A stretch of DNA of 64,000 bases from an uncultured Enterobacteriaceae bacterium (GTDB lineage: Bacteria; Pseudomonadota; Gammaproteobacteria; Enterobacterales; Enterobacteriaceae), in contig CBIFWW010000001.1 in the NCBI GenBank assembly GCA_966186435.1, positions 1,463-65,462 on the forward strand. Reading direction: 5' to 3'. The notes under the pieces are model-generated. The model ran no database searches and was not told the origin of the DNA. It saw only the letters and a program-made list of their open reading frames with translations. The position numbers were made by a program, and so were the translations under genes. Position 1 is the stretch's first letter. Every line of letters starts with the position of its first letter. Positions 30,136 to 40,373 of the stretch are shown here, in pieces.

Positions 30136-30268
30136 GTCAGTAATTTGTAAGGATATATCGTTCAAAAAATAAGCATATCATCATCAATTTTTTCGGGTAA
30201 CATTTTTAGAAAGCGCCTTACACTTTATGTATCGGGCTAGCCCGGTGTCGTAACATGAGGAGCTGATC

Positions 30269-30529
30269 ATGAAAAAACCACTACTCACATTTGCGGCGGT
30301 CGCTTTTTCCGTCGCTTCATTTAGCATAATGGCTGCACAACAACTTTCACCAGACCAGACCGGTTCACTGCGCAAAGCAGGGGCTATTTCGGTTCACGGT
30401 GCCGCTAACCTGGATGATGTTCAGGATAAATTAGCAGAGAAAGCACGTGAAGAAGGCGCAACCGGATTCGTGGTAAGTTCCGCCGGGGGTGAGAACAAGA
30501 TGTATGGCACTGCCACCCTGTATAAATAA
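30269..30529 (+). CDS. mcbA: DUF1471 (YdgH/BhsA/McbA) family periplasmic protein
   Basis: 86 aa with a signal peptide. The C-terminal DKLAEKAREEGATGFVVSSAGGENKMYGTATLYK is very close to E. coli McbA/YbiM, which also neighbours rlmF. Confidence 0.75.
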   Translation: MKKPLLTFAAVAFSVASFSIMAAQQLSPDQTGSLRKAGAISVHGAANLDDVQDKLAEKAREEGATGFVVSSAGGENKMYGTATLYK

Positions 30530-30557
30530 TTGAGATGATTGAATCACCCCACAATCG

Positions 30558-30580
30558 CCCCGGTTAAGCCGGGGTTTTTT
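30558..30580 (+). terminator. mcbA terminator
   Basis: ccccgg-ttaag-ccgggg followed by T6. Confidence 0.8.
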
Positions 30581-30742
30581 ATAAAAATTACAGAATAATC
30601 TGTGTGATAAAACCAATGAAAACCCTTCAATATGCTGCCGCCACTGGCCGCAAAGCCAGGCCGGTTATAACCCAAGGTAGATATGCGTTTAACCCTGAAA
30701 TAACGGTTTGCCCGCAGCCACTAGTGCAGTTTTTTTTTGCCT

Positions 30743-31705
30743 TTAGAACAGGCGGTTCACTTGCGCCAGGGCATCGTCCAATTGCTCTGCCCGGTTGGCT
30801 TCCACCAGGCAGCAGGCCAGTTGAAGCTTAATGGATTCTGGCACCGGCTCCACGCCTGCCAGACAGCGCCCGGTCCAGCGGGCGGTGGTTTCTGGGTTTT
30901 TATCCCCTGGCAGCACCGGTTCCTGGCTCTCCGTTTGCCGCTCCACCAGCACCCGGCTACCGCGCGGATCGATGAGGCTGATTTGCGGGCAGCGCTGCGG
31001 GTTGGCATACACCTCGCCTTCAGTGCCGTGCATCAACAGCCCCAGGCCACCGATATCAGTAAAGAATTGGGCCACTTTGGTGACATATTCCGGGTGAGAA
31101 ACGCTGGAAAGCCGCAGGGCTTCTTGGCAGGCAAAAGGGGTCGCCAGCTTCGCCAGGGTGTGGGCGCTGTTACGCACCCCCATGCGCCAGCGCAGATCGA
31201 GCATTTTTTCCAGCGGTGCACATAGCGTACTCACCGGTATCCATACCGGGTGGCTGGAATCAAGACGGGCCTGTGCCTGCCCCGCATGTTTGCAGGCGGC
31301 GATACCCAGCATCTCAAAAATGGTTTCGGAAACCACTCGGGTAGGGTCGTGACTCACGCCGTGCACCACCACCGGGAACCCCAGTTTCGCCAGTAGCATT
31401 GCCAGCAATGGGGTCAGATTGGCTTGTTTTCGGGCGCCGTTGTAGCTTGGGATCACGATGGGCATTGGTTTACCTACCGGCGGGGTCAGGCGGATAACCC
31501 GCTGCTGCATGGCTTGATAAAAGCCCCGTAGCTCTTCCTCACCCTCACCTTTGATGCGCAGGGCAATTAACGCCGCCCCCAGTTCCAGGTCAGGCACATC
31601 GCCATCAAGCATATGCCCGTAAAGGGTGCGGGCATCCTCCAAATTCAGATCGCGGGCGTGGTTCTTACCCCGGCCAATTTCTTTAATGACGTTGCGGTAA
31701 TCCAT
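30743..31705 (-). CDS. ybiB: TrpD2-family nucleic-acid-binding protein (SOS regulon)
   Basis: 320 aa. MDYRNVIKEIGRGKNHARDL..PIVIPSYNGARKQANLTPLLA.. is colinear with E. coli YbiB and lies 24 bp downstream of dinG. Confidence 0.93.
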   Translation of the reverse strand: MDYRNVIKEIGRGKNHARDLNLEDARTLYGHMLDGDVPDLELGAALIALRIKGEGEEELRGFYQAMQQRVIRLTPPVGKPMPIVIPSYNGARKQANLTPLLAMLLAKLGFPVVVHGVSHDPTRVVSETIFEMLGIAACKHAGQAQARLDSSHPVWIPVSTLCAPLEKMLDLRWRMGVRNSAHTLAKLATPFACQEALRLSSVSHPEYVTKVAQFFTDIGGLGLLMHGTEGEVYANPQRCPQISLIDPRGSRVLVERQTESQEPVLPGDKNPETTARWTGRCLAGVEPVPESIKLQLACCLVEANRAEQLDDALAQVNRLF

Positions 31706-31729
31706 TTACGGCTCCTTAATCATGCAATC

Positions 31730-33889
31730 TTAACGGCGTTTACGCCCGCGTCGGGGAGCCGGCGCAGGAGGTGCCTTTTTGATGACTATACCCTCTGGCA
31801 TCGCCGGTTGCGATATCGGGAATATCGGCAACGCATCTAATAGCCGCTTCCCATATTGGCGGTGAATCAGCCGGGTATCGTAAATCACGATCTCCCCCCA
31901 GCAGCTGTGGCTACGGATCAAACGCCCTACCTGTTGGATTAAATTGAATGAAGCCCCGGGCAAGCTCTGCACCTCAAAGGGGTAGCGTTTCAGGCTTTTC
32001 AGCCATTCCCCCTCGGTGACTACCACCGGGCTATCCACCGGTGGGAAGGCAATTTTGTGGATATGCACCTGGGTGAGCAGTTCCCCTTTCAAATCCAGCC
32101 CTTCGGCAAAAGATTGCAGGCCCACTAACACACTGGTTTCCCCCTGCTCAACCCGCTTGCGGTGCAGTTCCACCAGCCGGTAGCGAGGTTTATCACCCTG
32201 TACTAACATACTCAGCCGTAAATCCGGCAGGTGGCTGAGGAACCCCTGCATCGCCCGCTGGCTGGAAAAAAGCACCAGCTGGCCTTTATGTTTACCCTTT
32301 TTAAATTGATGGCGGAAGTAAGCCGCCATCTCCGCCAGGTGCTCGGCTTCATACTCAAAGGCCGGTTCATGGGGCAGCTGCGGGATCACCAGCCTGCCCT
32401 GCTCCACATGATTAAACGGCGAAGGCAGGTCAATAAATCGATCCCCGGCCTTGTCTTTCAAGCCAGTCATCTCTTTTAGCCGGTCAAAGCGGTTCAAAGA
32501 GCGCAGGGTAGCGGAGGTCACCACCACATGGGGGACACTGCGCCAGAGGATTTTCTCCAGCTGATCGCTCACCCGGATCCCCACGCAGTGCATCAGGGTA
32601 TGGGGCTGGCCTTCGCGCACCACCCGGCTGACCCACTTCGATACCGGTGCGCCAGAAGCCTGGGCCATTGCCGCCAGTTTCCATAGCTTGCTCTGGGATT
32701 CAAAGTGGCCCAGCGCCCGGTTCATCTGGACGATAGCCCGATGCAAACGGGCAATATCCTGCTGGGCGGTCTGTTCACTCAAGGAATTAAGCAGGGATTC
32801 CGCCAGGCCGCGCAAGGCATCGGTTAGCTTCGCCAGCCGCTTGGCGCTTTCCATAATTTCATCGGGCAATTCCCCCATTGGGAAGCGATATTCCGCTTCG
32901 CCTTCGCCGGGCATAAACAGGGTAAAAATAGTATTTAAGGTACGGAATAGCTCCAGCGTCTCTTCACAGTGGCTGGTCAGGCGCTCCGGAGCGCACAGCG
33001 GCGGCATCGATTTTGGGCGGAATTGCTCGCGGCAGGTGGCAACCAGCTTGATAAACAGATCCAGTTGCAGGCTGATCCAACCGGGGGTGATCTCGGCACT
33101 CATCTCCAGCGCATCCCGCGCCACGTCTGGCAGATGATGGCCTTCATCCAGCACCAGCAACAGATTTTTAGCCTCCGGCAGTACCGAATCGCTCTCCATT
33201 GCCGCCATCACCAGCGCATGGTTGGCTACCACTACTTCAGCCTCGGCAATCTCACGGCGGGCCACAAAGAACGGGCACGCTTTATACCACTGGCAGTTAC
33301 GGCCCAGGCAGCTGGCTTTATCGGTGCTAAGCCGCGCCCACAGGGCATCTTCCACATTGTGCTGGGTGTGATCGCGCAGGCCGTCCCATTTATAGTTATC
33401 CAACTCGGCTTTTAACTCGCCGCACAGTTGCTGCTCGGCTTTACTGGCCGGAGCCAGGTCATCCTGTAAGAACGCCAGTAGATCACCCTGGAAGCTGTCG
33501 GCACTGGAGAGCGCCGCAAGATTACGCGGGCAAACGTAGCGGCCACGACCAAAAGCCGCAGTAAAACGCAGTTCAGGGATAATTTTCGCCAGCAGCGGTA
33601 AATCCTTGCTGAAGATTTGATCCTGCAAGGCCACGTTAGCGGTACTCACCACCAGAGTTTTGCTTTCATCACGGGCGATGGCAATGCCGGGGATCAGGTA
33701 GGAAAGGGTTTTACCCACGCCGGTGGGGGCTTCAATCGCCAGATGGCGGCCTTCATCTCCGGCCAGGGTTTTAGCCACTTCGGCAATCATCTGGCGCTGC
33801 GGAGCGCGGGGGATAAAGTCCGGTATTTGTTGTTGTAACGCCTTATACCAGGCGGCGATTTGCGCCTTCTGCGCCGCAGACAATGCCAT
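31730..33889 (-). CDS. dinG: ATP-dependent DNA helicase DinG (Fe-S, XPD-like)
   Basis: 719 aa. MALSAAQKAQIAAWYKALQQQIPDFIPRAPQRQMIAEVAKTLAG..EAPTGVGKTLSY.. is near-identical to the E. coli DinG N-terminus, with a DEGH box present. Confidence 0.96.
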   Translation of the reverse strand: MALSAAQKAQIAAWYKALQQQIPDFIPRAPQRQMIAEVAKTLAGDEGRHLAIEAPTGVGKTLSYLIPGIAIARDESKTLVVSTANVALQDQIFSKDLPLLAKIIPELRFTAAFGRGRYVCPRNLAALSSADSFQGDLLAFLQDDLAPASKAEQQLCGELKAELDNYKWDGLRDHTQHNVEDALWARLSTDKASCLGRNCQWYKACPFFVARREIAEAEVVVANHALVMAAMESDSVLPEAKNLLLVLDEGHHLPDVARDALEMSAEITPGWISLQLDLFIKLVATCREQFRPKSMPPLCAPERLTSHCEETLELFRTLNTIFTLFMPGEGEAEYRFPMGELPDEIMESAKRLAKLTDALRGLAESLLNSLSEQTAQQDIARLHRAIVQMNRALGHFESQSKLWKLAAMAQASGAPVSKWVSRVVREGQPHTLMHCVGIRVSDQLEKILWRSVPHVVVTSATLRSLNRFDRLKEMTGLKDKAGDRFIDLPSPFNHVEQGRLVIPQLPHEPAFEYEAEHLAEMAAYFRHQFKKGKHKGQLVLFSSQRAMQGFLSHLPDLRLSMLVQGDKPRYRLVELHRKRVEQGETSVLVGLQSFAEGLDLKGELLTQVHIHKIAFPPVDSPVVVTEGEWLKSLKRYPFEVQSLPGASFNLIQQVGRLIRSHSCWGEIVIYDTRLIHRQYGKRLLDALPIFPISQPAMPEGIVIKKAPPAPAPRRGRKRR

Positions 33890-33903
33890 AGCTTACCTTC
33901 GAA

Positions 33904-33923
33904 TACTGTATAAACACCCACTA
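33904..33923 (-). promoter_or_regulatory. LexA (SOS) box of dinG
   Basis: The minus strand reads TAGTGGGTGTTTATACAGTA, compared with the E. coli dinG box TATTGGCTGTTTATACAGTA as recalled (17 of 20 matches). It lies 15-34 bp upstream of the dinG ATG. Confidence 0.75.
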
Positions 33924-34043
33924 TTGTGGCACGTTTAGCCGGTGGCCTGTAGCCTTTAGGGAAAAGAAACGGCCGGTTTGCGTGCTGCCTCGTAAAAGCC
34001 AGGCAGATACGTCATTGAGCGAGTGGGATGGCGGAAACAACGC

Positions 34044-34061
34044 GGGGGCCAATAGGCCCCC
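34044..34061 (-). terminator. rhlE terminator candidate
   Basis: gggggcc-aata-ggccccc hairpin 35 nt after the rhlE stop, followed on the minus strand by gcgttgtttcc. Confidence 0.5.
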
Positions 34062-34095
34062 GGAAAGAGTGGAAATGCGTTACCGCCTTCCATTA

Positions 34096-35562
34096 TTACT
34101 CAGCAGATGCCGGGCGGCGCGGGGCGCGGCGGCGTTGGCCGTTGGCGGCGCCTTCACCTTCGCGACGGGGGCCAGAACGGCGCTGGCCGTTACCACTGCC
34201 TTCGCCATCGCGGCGGGGGCCGGAACGGCGCTGGCCGTTGCCACTGCCTTCGCCTTCACGACGGGGACCGGAGCGGCGTTCGCCGTTACCACTGCCTTCG
34301 CCATCGCGGCGCGGTGCGCTGCGACGTTGACCTTCACCTTGCCCTTGACGACCACGGCCACCGCTGTTGCCGCCACGCTGCTGCTGTTGGCGACCATTCT
34401 GGATAGGCTCAGCACGGATCGACGGGTCAACCTCATAACCCGGCAGCGCCAGGCGTGGGATTTCCACTTTCAGCAGACGTTCGATATCACGCAGTAGTTT
34501 GTGTTCATCGACACATACCAGGGACAGCGCTTCACCGGTGGCCGCGGCACGGCCAGTGCGGCCAATACGGTGCACGTAGTCTTCCGGTACGTTTGGCAGT
34601 TCGTAGTTCACCACGTGAGGCAGCTCTTCGATATCCAGGCCACGGGCCGCGATATCGGTGGCCACCAGCACCCGGATACCGCCGGATTTAAAGTCAGCTA
34701 AAGCACGAGTACGTGCGCCCTGGCTCTTGTTGCCATGGATCGCTGCTGCGGTAATACCGTCTTTATTCAGCTGTTCAGCCAGGTGGTTGGCCCCGTGCTT
34801 GGTGCGGGTAAACACCAACACCTGCTGCCAGTTACCTTCGCCAATCATCTGGGATAACAGCTCCCGCTTACGTTTCTTATCAACGAAGTGCACCAGCTGA
34901 GAAACCTGCTCAGAAGCGGTGTTGCGACGGGCAACGGAGACTTCTTCCGGGTTATGCAGCAGTTTTTCCGCTAGGGCTTTAATGTCGTCAGAGAAGGTGG
35001 CGGAGAACAGCAGGTTCTGGCGCTTGGCCGGCAGTTTAGACAGCACGCGGCGAATATCGTGAATAAAGCCCATATCCAGCATACGGTCGGCTTCATCCAG
35101 CACCAGGATTTCGATTTGGTCCAGTTTCACCGCATTTTGATGTTCCAGATCCAGCAGACGGCCTGGGGTCGCCACCAGTACATCGACGCCACCACGCAGT
35201 TTCATCATCTGCGGGTTAATACTCACCCCGCCGAATACGACTAAAGAGCGGATGTTCAAGTATTTACTGTAATCACGAACGTTCTCACCGATCTGTGCCG
35301 CCAGTTCGCGGGTGGGGGTGAGGATCAGCGCACGCACCGGGCGGCGGCCCTTAGCATGTGGCTCGCGGCTGGTTAACAACTGTAATAATGGCAGGGTGAA
35401 ACCTGCGGTTTTGCCGGTACCGGTTTGGGCACTGGCCATCAGATCGCGCCCGGCTAGGACCACGGGGATCGCCTGGCTTTGAATAGGGGTGGGCTGCTCA
35501 TAGCCTTGTTCAGCTACGGCGCGCAGGATTTCGGTGCTTAATCCAAGGGATTCGAAGGACAT
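34096..35562 (-). CDS. rhlE: ATP-dependent DEAD-box RNA helicase
   Basis: 488 aa from [21 protein letters not shown].., with Q-motif, [15 protein letters not shown] and HRIGRTGR motifs. The C-terminal Arg/Gly-rich tail contains tandem repeats. The ORF-track start 35664 is an extension. Confidence 0.95.
   Translation of the reverse strand: MSFESLGLSTEILRAVAEQGYEQPTPIQSQAIPVVLAGRDLMASAQTGTGKTAGFTLPLLQLLTSREPHAKGRRPVRALILTPTRELAAQIGENVRDYSKYLNIRSLVVFGGVSINPQMMKLRGGVDVLVATPGRLLDLEHQNAVKLDQIEILVLDEADRMLDMGFIHDIRRVLSKLPAKRQNLLFSATFSDDIKALAEKLLHNPEEVSVARRNTASEQVSQLVHFVDKKRKRELLSQMIGEGNWQQVLVFTRTKHGANHLAEQLNKDGITAAAIHGNKSQGARTRALADFKSGGIRVLVATDIAARGLDIEELPHVVNYELPNVPEDYVHRIGRTGRAAATGEALSLVCVDEHKLLRDIERLLKVEIPRLALPGYEVDPSIRAEPIQNGRQQQQRGGNSGGRGRQGQGEGQRRSAPRRDGEGSGNGERRSGPRREGEGSGNGQRRSGPRRDGEGSGNGQRRSGPRREGEGAANGQRRRAPRRPASAE
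34150..34341. repeat. 4 x 48-bp in-frame tandem repeat inside the rhlE 3' end
   Basis: Units are at 34150-34197, 34198-34245, 34246-34293 and 34294-34341. The first three are near-identical and the fourth is diverged. They encode GEGSGNG(Q/E)RRSGPRR(D/E) units in the RhlE tail. Confidence 0.9.
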
Positions 35563-35790
35563 AACTACTCCAGACCGCCCTGACCGTTTAAACACAGTGT
35601 AGTTTCCAGGGAGGACATTTAAAGCGGGGGAACCGCTACAGCAGGGCACAAACCACGGTGCCATGAGGCGGGGGAGTGTACCATTTTTTGTGACCTGGCG
35701 CAGAATTTTAAACCCGGCTTAAACATAAAGAATTTCCTCAATTCAGACACATTTGTGCACTATCGCTGGACAATATTTGAATTGCAGTAG

Positions 35791-35820
35791 TAAAGTTAAT
35801 CAATCGATTGATTAACTTTA
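35791..35820. promoter_or_regulatory. 30-bp perfect palindrome, probable CecR (TetR-family) operator
   Basis: TAAAGTTAATCAATC|GATTGATTAACTTTA is an exact reverse-complement pair ending 10 bp before the cecR ATG, in the rhlE-cecR divergent region. Confidence 0.7.
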
Positions 35821-35830
35821 GAGTGACCTG

Positions 35831-36514
35831 ATGACGGCAACCTATACCCCCACCACCCCACGAGGTGAGCAGGCAAAAAATCAGCTGATCCGTGCGGCGC
35901 TAGCGCAGTTTGGTGAGTATGGTCTCCATGCCACCACCCGCGACATCGCCGCCCTGGCCGAGCAGAACATTGCCGCCATTGCCTACTACTTTGGCTCTAA
36001 AGAAGATCTCTATACTGCTTGCGCCCGCTGGATTGCCGATTTTATCGGCGAGCAGCTACAACCTCAGTTGATGAGCGCCATTGCGATCCTGGCTGAAGAT
36101 CCGGTAGATAAGTCAAAAATCCGGGCGCTGATCCACCAAGTTATCGGCCATATGATTGCCCTGCTCACCCAGGATGAAACCCTGAACCTGAGCAAGTTTA
36201 TCTCCCGTGAGCAGCTCTCCCCCACCCCGGCCTATCGCCTGATCCACCAGCAGGTTATCGAACCAATGCATGCCCATATGACGGCTTTAATAGGCCGCTA
36301 CACCGGGCGCGATCCCGATGACGTGGAAACCATCGTCCATACCCATGCTTTGCTGGGGGAGATCCTGACCTTCCGCCTATTACAGGAAACCGCCCTGTTG
36401 CGCACCGGCTGGCAGCAATTTGACCAACACAATAGCCAACTGATTACCCGGGTAGTTACCCAACATTTTGATTTTATCCTTCAAGGACTTTCTCAACAGA
36501 GGAGCACAGCGTGA
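35831..36514 (+). CDS. cecR: TetR-family regulator of ybhGFSR
   Basis: 227 aa with a TetR HTH (..[30 protein letters not shown]..). It occupies the position of E. coli ybiH/cecR, immediately upstream of ybhG with a GTGA overlap. Confidence 0.88.
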   Translation: MTATYTPTTPRGEQAKNQLIRAALAQFGEYGLHATTRDIAALAEQNIAAIAYYFGSKEDLYTACARWIADFIGEQLQPQLMSAIAILAEDPVDKSKIRALIHQVIGHMIALLTQDETLNLSKFISREQLSPTPAYRLIHQQVIEPMHAHMTALIGRYTGRDPDDVETIVHTHALLGEILTFRLLQETALLRTGWQQFDQHNSQLITRVVTQHFDFILQGLSQQRSTA

Positions 36515-37512
36515 ACAGGAAAAAAGCGCTTATTATCATTGTGATTCTGGCTATTGTGGCGGCTGTAGCGGCCACAGCCTGGTATGTAACCCGCCCACCG
36601 GCCGCCTTGACGCTGTATGGCAACGTGGATATTCGCACCGTGGACATGAGCTTCCGGGTAGGGGGGCGTCTGGAGAAACTCACCGTGGATGAGGGGGACA
36701 GCATTCGCCAAGGGCAAATCCTTGGCGAGCAGGATAAAACCCCCTACCAGAACGCCCTAAACCAGGCAGAGGCCAATGTGGCGGCAGCTCAAGCCAAATA
36801 TGACCTGTTGATGGCCGGTTACCGTTCGGAAGAAATTGCCCAAGCCGCTGCGGCCCTGAAGCAAACCCAGGCTGCCGCAGCCTATGCCCAAAGCTTCTAT
36901 CAACGCCAGCAGGGGTTATGGAACTCCCGTACCGTATCCGCTGACGACCTGGAAAACGCCCGTTCTGCCCGCGATCAGGCCAATGCCAACCTCAAGGCCG
37001 CCCAGGATAAACTTAACCAATATCGGGCCGGTAACCGCCCGCAGGAAATAGCCCAAGCCAAGGCCAGCCTTGAACAGACCCTGGCCCAACGCGATCAGGC
37101 CCGCCTTGATCTGAGTGATACCACGTTGGTGGCCCCTGCCGATGGCACCCTGTTAACCCGCGCCGTGGAGCCGGGCACCCTGCTTAACGCCGGGAGCACG
37201 GTGTTGACCCTCTCCCTCACCCGCCCGGTATGGGTGCGGGCCTACGTCAACGAAACCAGCCTTAGCCAGGCTCAGCCGGGCCGGGAAGTGCTGATTTACA
37301 ATGACAGCCGCCCGGATAAGCCCTGGCATGGCAAAATTGGCTTTATCTCCCCTACCGCTGAATTCACGCCAAAAACCGTTGAAACGCCGGATTTGCGGAC
37401 TGACCTGGTTTATCGCCTGCGCATCATTGTGACGGATGCCGATAACAGCTTGCGCCAGGGGATGCCGGTGACGATTTCCTTCGCTGAAGGTGATGGCAAT
37501 GGGCACCGTTAA
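36511..37512 (+). CDS. ybhG: HlyD-family membrane-fusion component of the YbhFSR exporter (copy 1)
   Basis: 333 aa with a GTG start 6 nt after GGAG, an N-terminal TMS, a coiled coil and a beta-barrel. Confidence 0.9.
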   Translation: MNRKKALIIIVILAIVAAVAATAWYVTRPPAALTLYGNVDIRTVDMSFRVGGRLEKLTVDEGDSIRQGQILGEQDKTPYQNALNQAEANVAAAQAKYDLLMAGYRSEEIAQAAAALKQTQAAAAYAQSFYQRQQGLWNSRTVSADDLENARSARDQANANLKAAQDKLNQYRAGNRPQEIAQAKASLEQTLAQRDQARLDLSDTTLVAPADGTLLTRAVEPGTLLNAGSTVLTLSLTRPVWVRAYVNETSLSQAQPGREVLIYNDSRPDKPWHGKIGFISPTAEFTPKTVETPDLRTDLVYRLRIIVTDADNSLRQGMPVTISFAEGDGNGHR

Positions 37513-39241
37513 CCATCTGATCCGCCTTGAGGGTTTAGTGAAGTCCTTCAAAGGCATGGATAAACCCGCCGTCGCCAGCTTCAATGCGGAAATCCGCGCC
37601 GGGGCGGTCACCGGGCTGGTGGGGCCGGATGGGGCCGGTAAAACCACGCTGATGCGGATGCTGGCCGGGTTAATGGCCCCCACCCAGGGCCGAGCCGAAG
37701 TGAATGGCTTAGATCCCATCGCCAACGACAGCGAACTCCATGCCATTCTTGGCTATATGCCGCAGAAATTCGGCCTGTATGAAGATTTGACGGTAATGGA
37801 AAACCTTAACCTGTATGCCGATTTACGTAGCGTTACCGGTGAGCAGCGCCATCAGGTGTTTGAGAAGTTGCTCTCTTTCACCGCCCTGGCCCCCTTTACC
37901 GGGCGGCTGGCAGGCAAGCTCTCTGGCGGGATGAAACAAAAGCTTGGCCTGGCCTGCACTCTGGTGGGGTCCCCACAGGTATTGTTGCTGGATGAGCCTG
38001 GAGTGGGTGTTGACCCGATTTCCCGCCGCGAATTGTGGCAAATGGTGCACGAGCTGGCAGGTGAAGGGATGCTGATCCTGTGGAGCACCTCTTACCTGGA
38101 TGAAGCAGAGCAGTGCCGGGATATCTTGCTGATGAATGAAGGCGAGCTGTTATACCAGGGTGCTCCCCACCAGCTCACCGAAAAAATGACCGGCCGCTGC
38201 TGGCTGGTAAACCAGCCCGGTGAGAACAATCGGCGGCTATTACAAAAAGCGTTAAAACAGCCGGAAATCAGCGATGGGGTCATCCAAGGTAAATCCGTGC
38301 GCCTGATTGCCCGTAAAGGCGTGGAAGGCCAGGCGGTGGCCGCTGCCCTAAAACTCACCGACGAGCACATTGCCGCCACGGCCCCGCGCTTTGAAGATGC
38401 CTTTATTGATTTGCTTGGCGGGGCCAGTACCGAAGAATCCCCCCTGGGGGCGATTCTCCATCAGGTGGAGGACGACGGCAGTGAAACCGTCATCGAGGCC
38501 AAATCGCTCACCAAGATGTTTGGCGATTTTGCCGCCACCGACAACGTAGATTTTGCCGTGAAGCGCGGGGAGATATTCGGCCTGCTTGGCCCGAACGGGG
38601 CCGGTAAATCCACCACCTTCAAAATGATGTGCGGCCTGCTTACCCCCACTTCCGGTAAGGCGCTGGTGCTGGGGATGGATTTGAAAGTCAGCTCCGGCAA
38701 GGCCCGCCAGCATCTGGGCTATATGGCGCAAAAATTCTCCCTTTACGGCAACCTGACGGTGCAGCAAAATTTGCGGTTTTTCTCCGGAGTATATGGCCTG
38801 CGCGGTAAGGCGCAGGAAGAGAAAATCACCCGTATGAGTGAAGCCTTCGGCCTCAAGCCGATATTCAACCAAGCGACGGATTCACTACCCTTGGGCTTTA
38901 AACAGCGGCTAGCCCTGGCCTGTTCCCTGATGCATGAGCCGGATATTCTGTTTCTTGATGAGCCGACCTCAGGGGTAGATCCCCTAACCCGCCGGGAATT
39001 CTGGCTGCATATCAATAGTATGGTGGAGAAAGGCGTCACCGTGATGGTCACTACCCACTTTATGGATGAGGCCGAATATTGTGACCGCATCGGGCTGGTG
39101 TACCGGGGGCAGATCATTGCCAGCGGTACCCCGGACGATCTTAAGGCCCAGGCTGCCAGTGATACCGAACCAGACCCCACTATGGAGCAGGCGTTTATTG
39201 GCCTTATCCATCAATGGGATGAGGAGCATGCCCATGGCTAA
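37493..39241 (+). CDS. ybhF: ABC exporter ATPase with two fused ABC domains (copy 1)
   Basis: About 582 aa, colinear with E. coli YbhF, with two Walker A motifs ([18 protein letters not shown]). The start is ambiguous (GTG 37490, ATG 37493 or ATG 37499), and it overlaps the end of ybhG. Confidence 0.92.
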   Translation: MAMGTVNHLIRLEGLVKSFKGMDKPAVASFNAEIRAGAVTGLVGPDGAGKTTLMRMLAGLMAPTQGRAEVNGLDPIANDSELHAILGYMPQKFGLYEDLTVMENLNLYADLRSVTGEQRHQVFEKLLSFTALAPFTGRLAGKLSGGMKQKLGLACTLVGSPQVLLLDEPGVGVDPISRRELWQMVHELAGEGMLILWSTSYLDEAEQCRDILLMNEGELLYQGAPHQLTEKMTGRCWLVNQPGENNRRLLQKALKQPEISDGVIQGKSVRLIARKGVEGQAVAAALKLTDEHIAATAPRFEDAFIDLLGGASTEESPLGAILHQVEDDGSETVIEAKSLTKMFGDFAATDNVDFAVKRGEIFGLLGPNGAGKSTTFKMMCGLLTPTSGKALVLGMDLKVSSGKARQHLGYMAQKFSLYGNLTVQQNLRFFSGVYGLRGKAQEEKITRMSEAFGLKPIFNQATDSLPLGFKQRLALACSLMHEPDILFLDEPTSGVDPLTRREFWLHINSMVEKGVTVMVTTHFMDEAEYCDRIGLVYRGQIIASGTPDDLKAQAASDTEPDPTMEQAFIGLIHQWDEEHAHG

Positions 39242-40364
39242 TTGGATCAGCGGGCGGCGGGTGCGCGCCCTGTGTATCAAAGAAACCCGGCAAATCCTAC
39301 GGGACCCAAGCAGTTGGCTGATTGCGGTGGTGATCCCTCTGATGCTGCTGTTTATCTTCGGTTATGGGATCAACCTCGACTCCAGCCGTCTCAAGCTTGG
39401 GGTGCTGCTGGAGCAACAGAGTGAAACCGCCCTCGATTTTGCCCACACTGTTACCGGCTCACCGTTTATCGACCCCACTATCAGCGACAACCGCGCCAAT
39501 TTAGTGGCCCGGATGCAGGCGGGGAAAGTGCGCGGGATTGTCGTGATCCCGGTGGATTTTGATGCCCGTATGGCCCGGCCCAATGATACTGCGCCGATTC
39601 AGGTGATTACCGATGGCTCTGAGCCAAACACCGCTAACTTTGTACAAGGCTATGTCCAGGGGATCTGGCAAATCTGGCAAGCCCAACGGGCCACCGATCG
39701 CGGCCAGGCCTTTGCGCCCTTGATTGATGTGCAGCTGCGCTACTGGTTTAACCCGGCAGCCATCAGCCAGCACTTTATTATCCCCGGTGCGATAACCATC
39801 ATCATGACGGTAATTGGCGCGATTTTGACCTCTCTGGTGGTAGCCAGGGAGTGGGAGCGCGGCACTATGGAGGCCCTGCTCTCCACCGAAATCACCCGCA
39901 CCGAGCTGCTACTGTGCAAGCTAATCCCCTATTACTTCCTTGGCATGTTGGCGATGGCCCTGTGTATGGTGGTGGCGATTTTTGTTCTGGGGGTGCCGTG
40001 GCGCGGTTCGTTGATTTTACTGTTCCTGATCACCAGCCTGTTTTTGCTCAGCACCCTGGGGATGGGGTTGTTGATTTCCACCATCACCCGTAACCAATTT
40101 AACGCCGCCCAGGTGGCCCTGAACGCCGCCTTCCTGCCGTCGATTATGCTGTCCGGGTTTATCTTCCAGATCGACAGTATGCCTGCAGTGATCCGTGCGG
40201 TGACCTACGTGATCCCGGCCCGCTATTTCGTCAGTACCCTACAAAGCCTGTTTTTGGCAGGGAATATTGCCTCGGTACTGATTGTGAATGTGCTGTTTTT
40301 GATCGCTTCTGCGGTGCTGTTTATCGGGCTAACCGCCCTGAAAACCAAGCGCCGTCTGGATTAA
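39234..40364 (+). CDS. ybhS: ABC-2 type permease (copy 1)
   Basis: [49 protein letters not shown].. is near-identical to E. coli YbhS. ATG 39234 lies 8 nt after GAGGAG and overlaps the ybhF stop. The ORF-track start 39066 is an extension. Confidence 0.92.
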   Translation: MANWISGRRVRALCIKETRQILRDPSSWLIAVVIPLMLLFIFGYGINLDSSRLKLGVLLEQQSETALDFAHTVTGSPFIDPTISDNRANLVARMQAGKVRGIVVIPVDFDARMARPNDTAPIQVITDGSEPNTANFVQGYVQGIWQIWQAQRATDRGQAFAPLIDVQLRYWFNPAAISQHFIIPGAITIIMTVIGAILTSLVVAREWERGTMEALLSTEITRTELLLCKLIPYYFLGMLAMALCMVVAIFVLGVPWRGSLILLFLITSLFLLSTLGMGLLISTITRNQFNAAQVALNAAFLPSIMLSGFIFQIDSMPAVIRAVTYVIPARYFVSTLQSLFLAGNIASVLIVNVLFLIASAVLFIGLTALKTKRRLD

Positions 40365-40373
40365 GGAGCCTGT

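Noticed and set aside
34150-34341. Possible CRISPR-like or minisatellite array
   Set aside because: The repeats are contiguous with no unique spacers. They are in frame within rhlE, encode a plausible RG-rich tail, and no cas genes are nearby.
33982-34497. Ala/Arg/Pro-rich ORFs (171, 100 and 99 aa) on the plus strand over the rhlE 3' end
   Set aside because: They arise from reading the 48-bp GC-rich repeat array in other frames and on the other strand. The repetitive peptide sequence mirrors the RhlE tail repeats, and they have no independent start signals.
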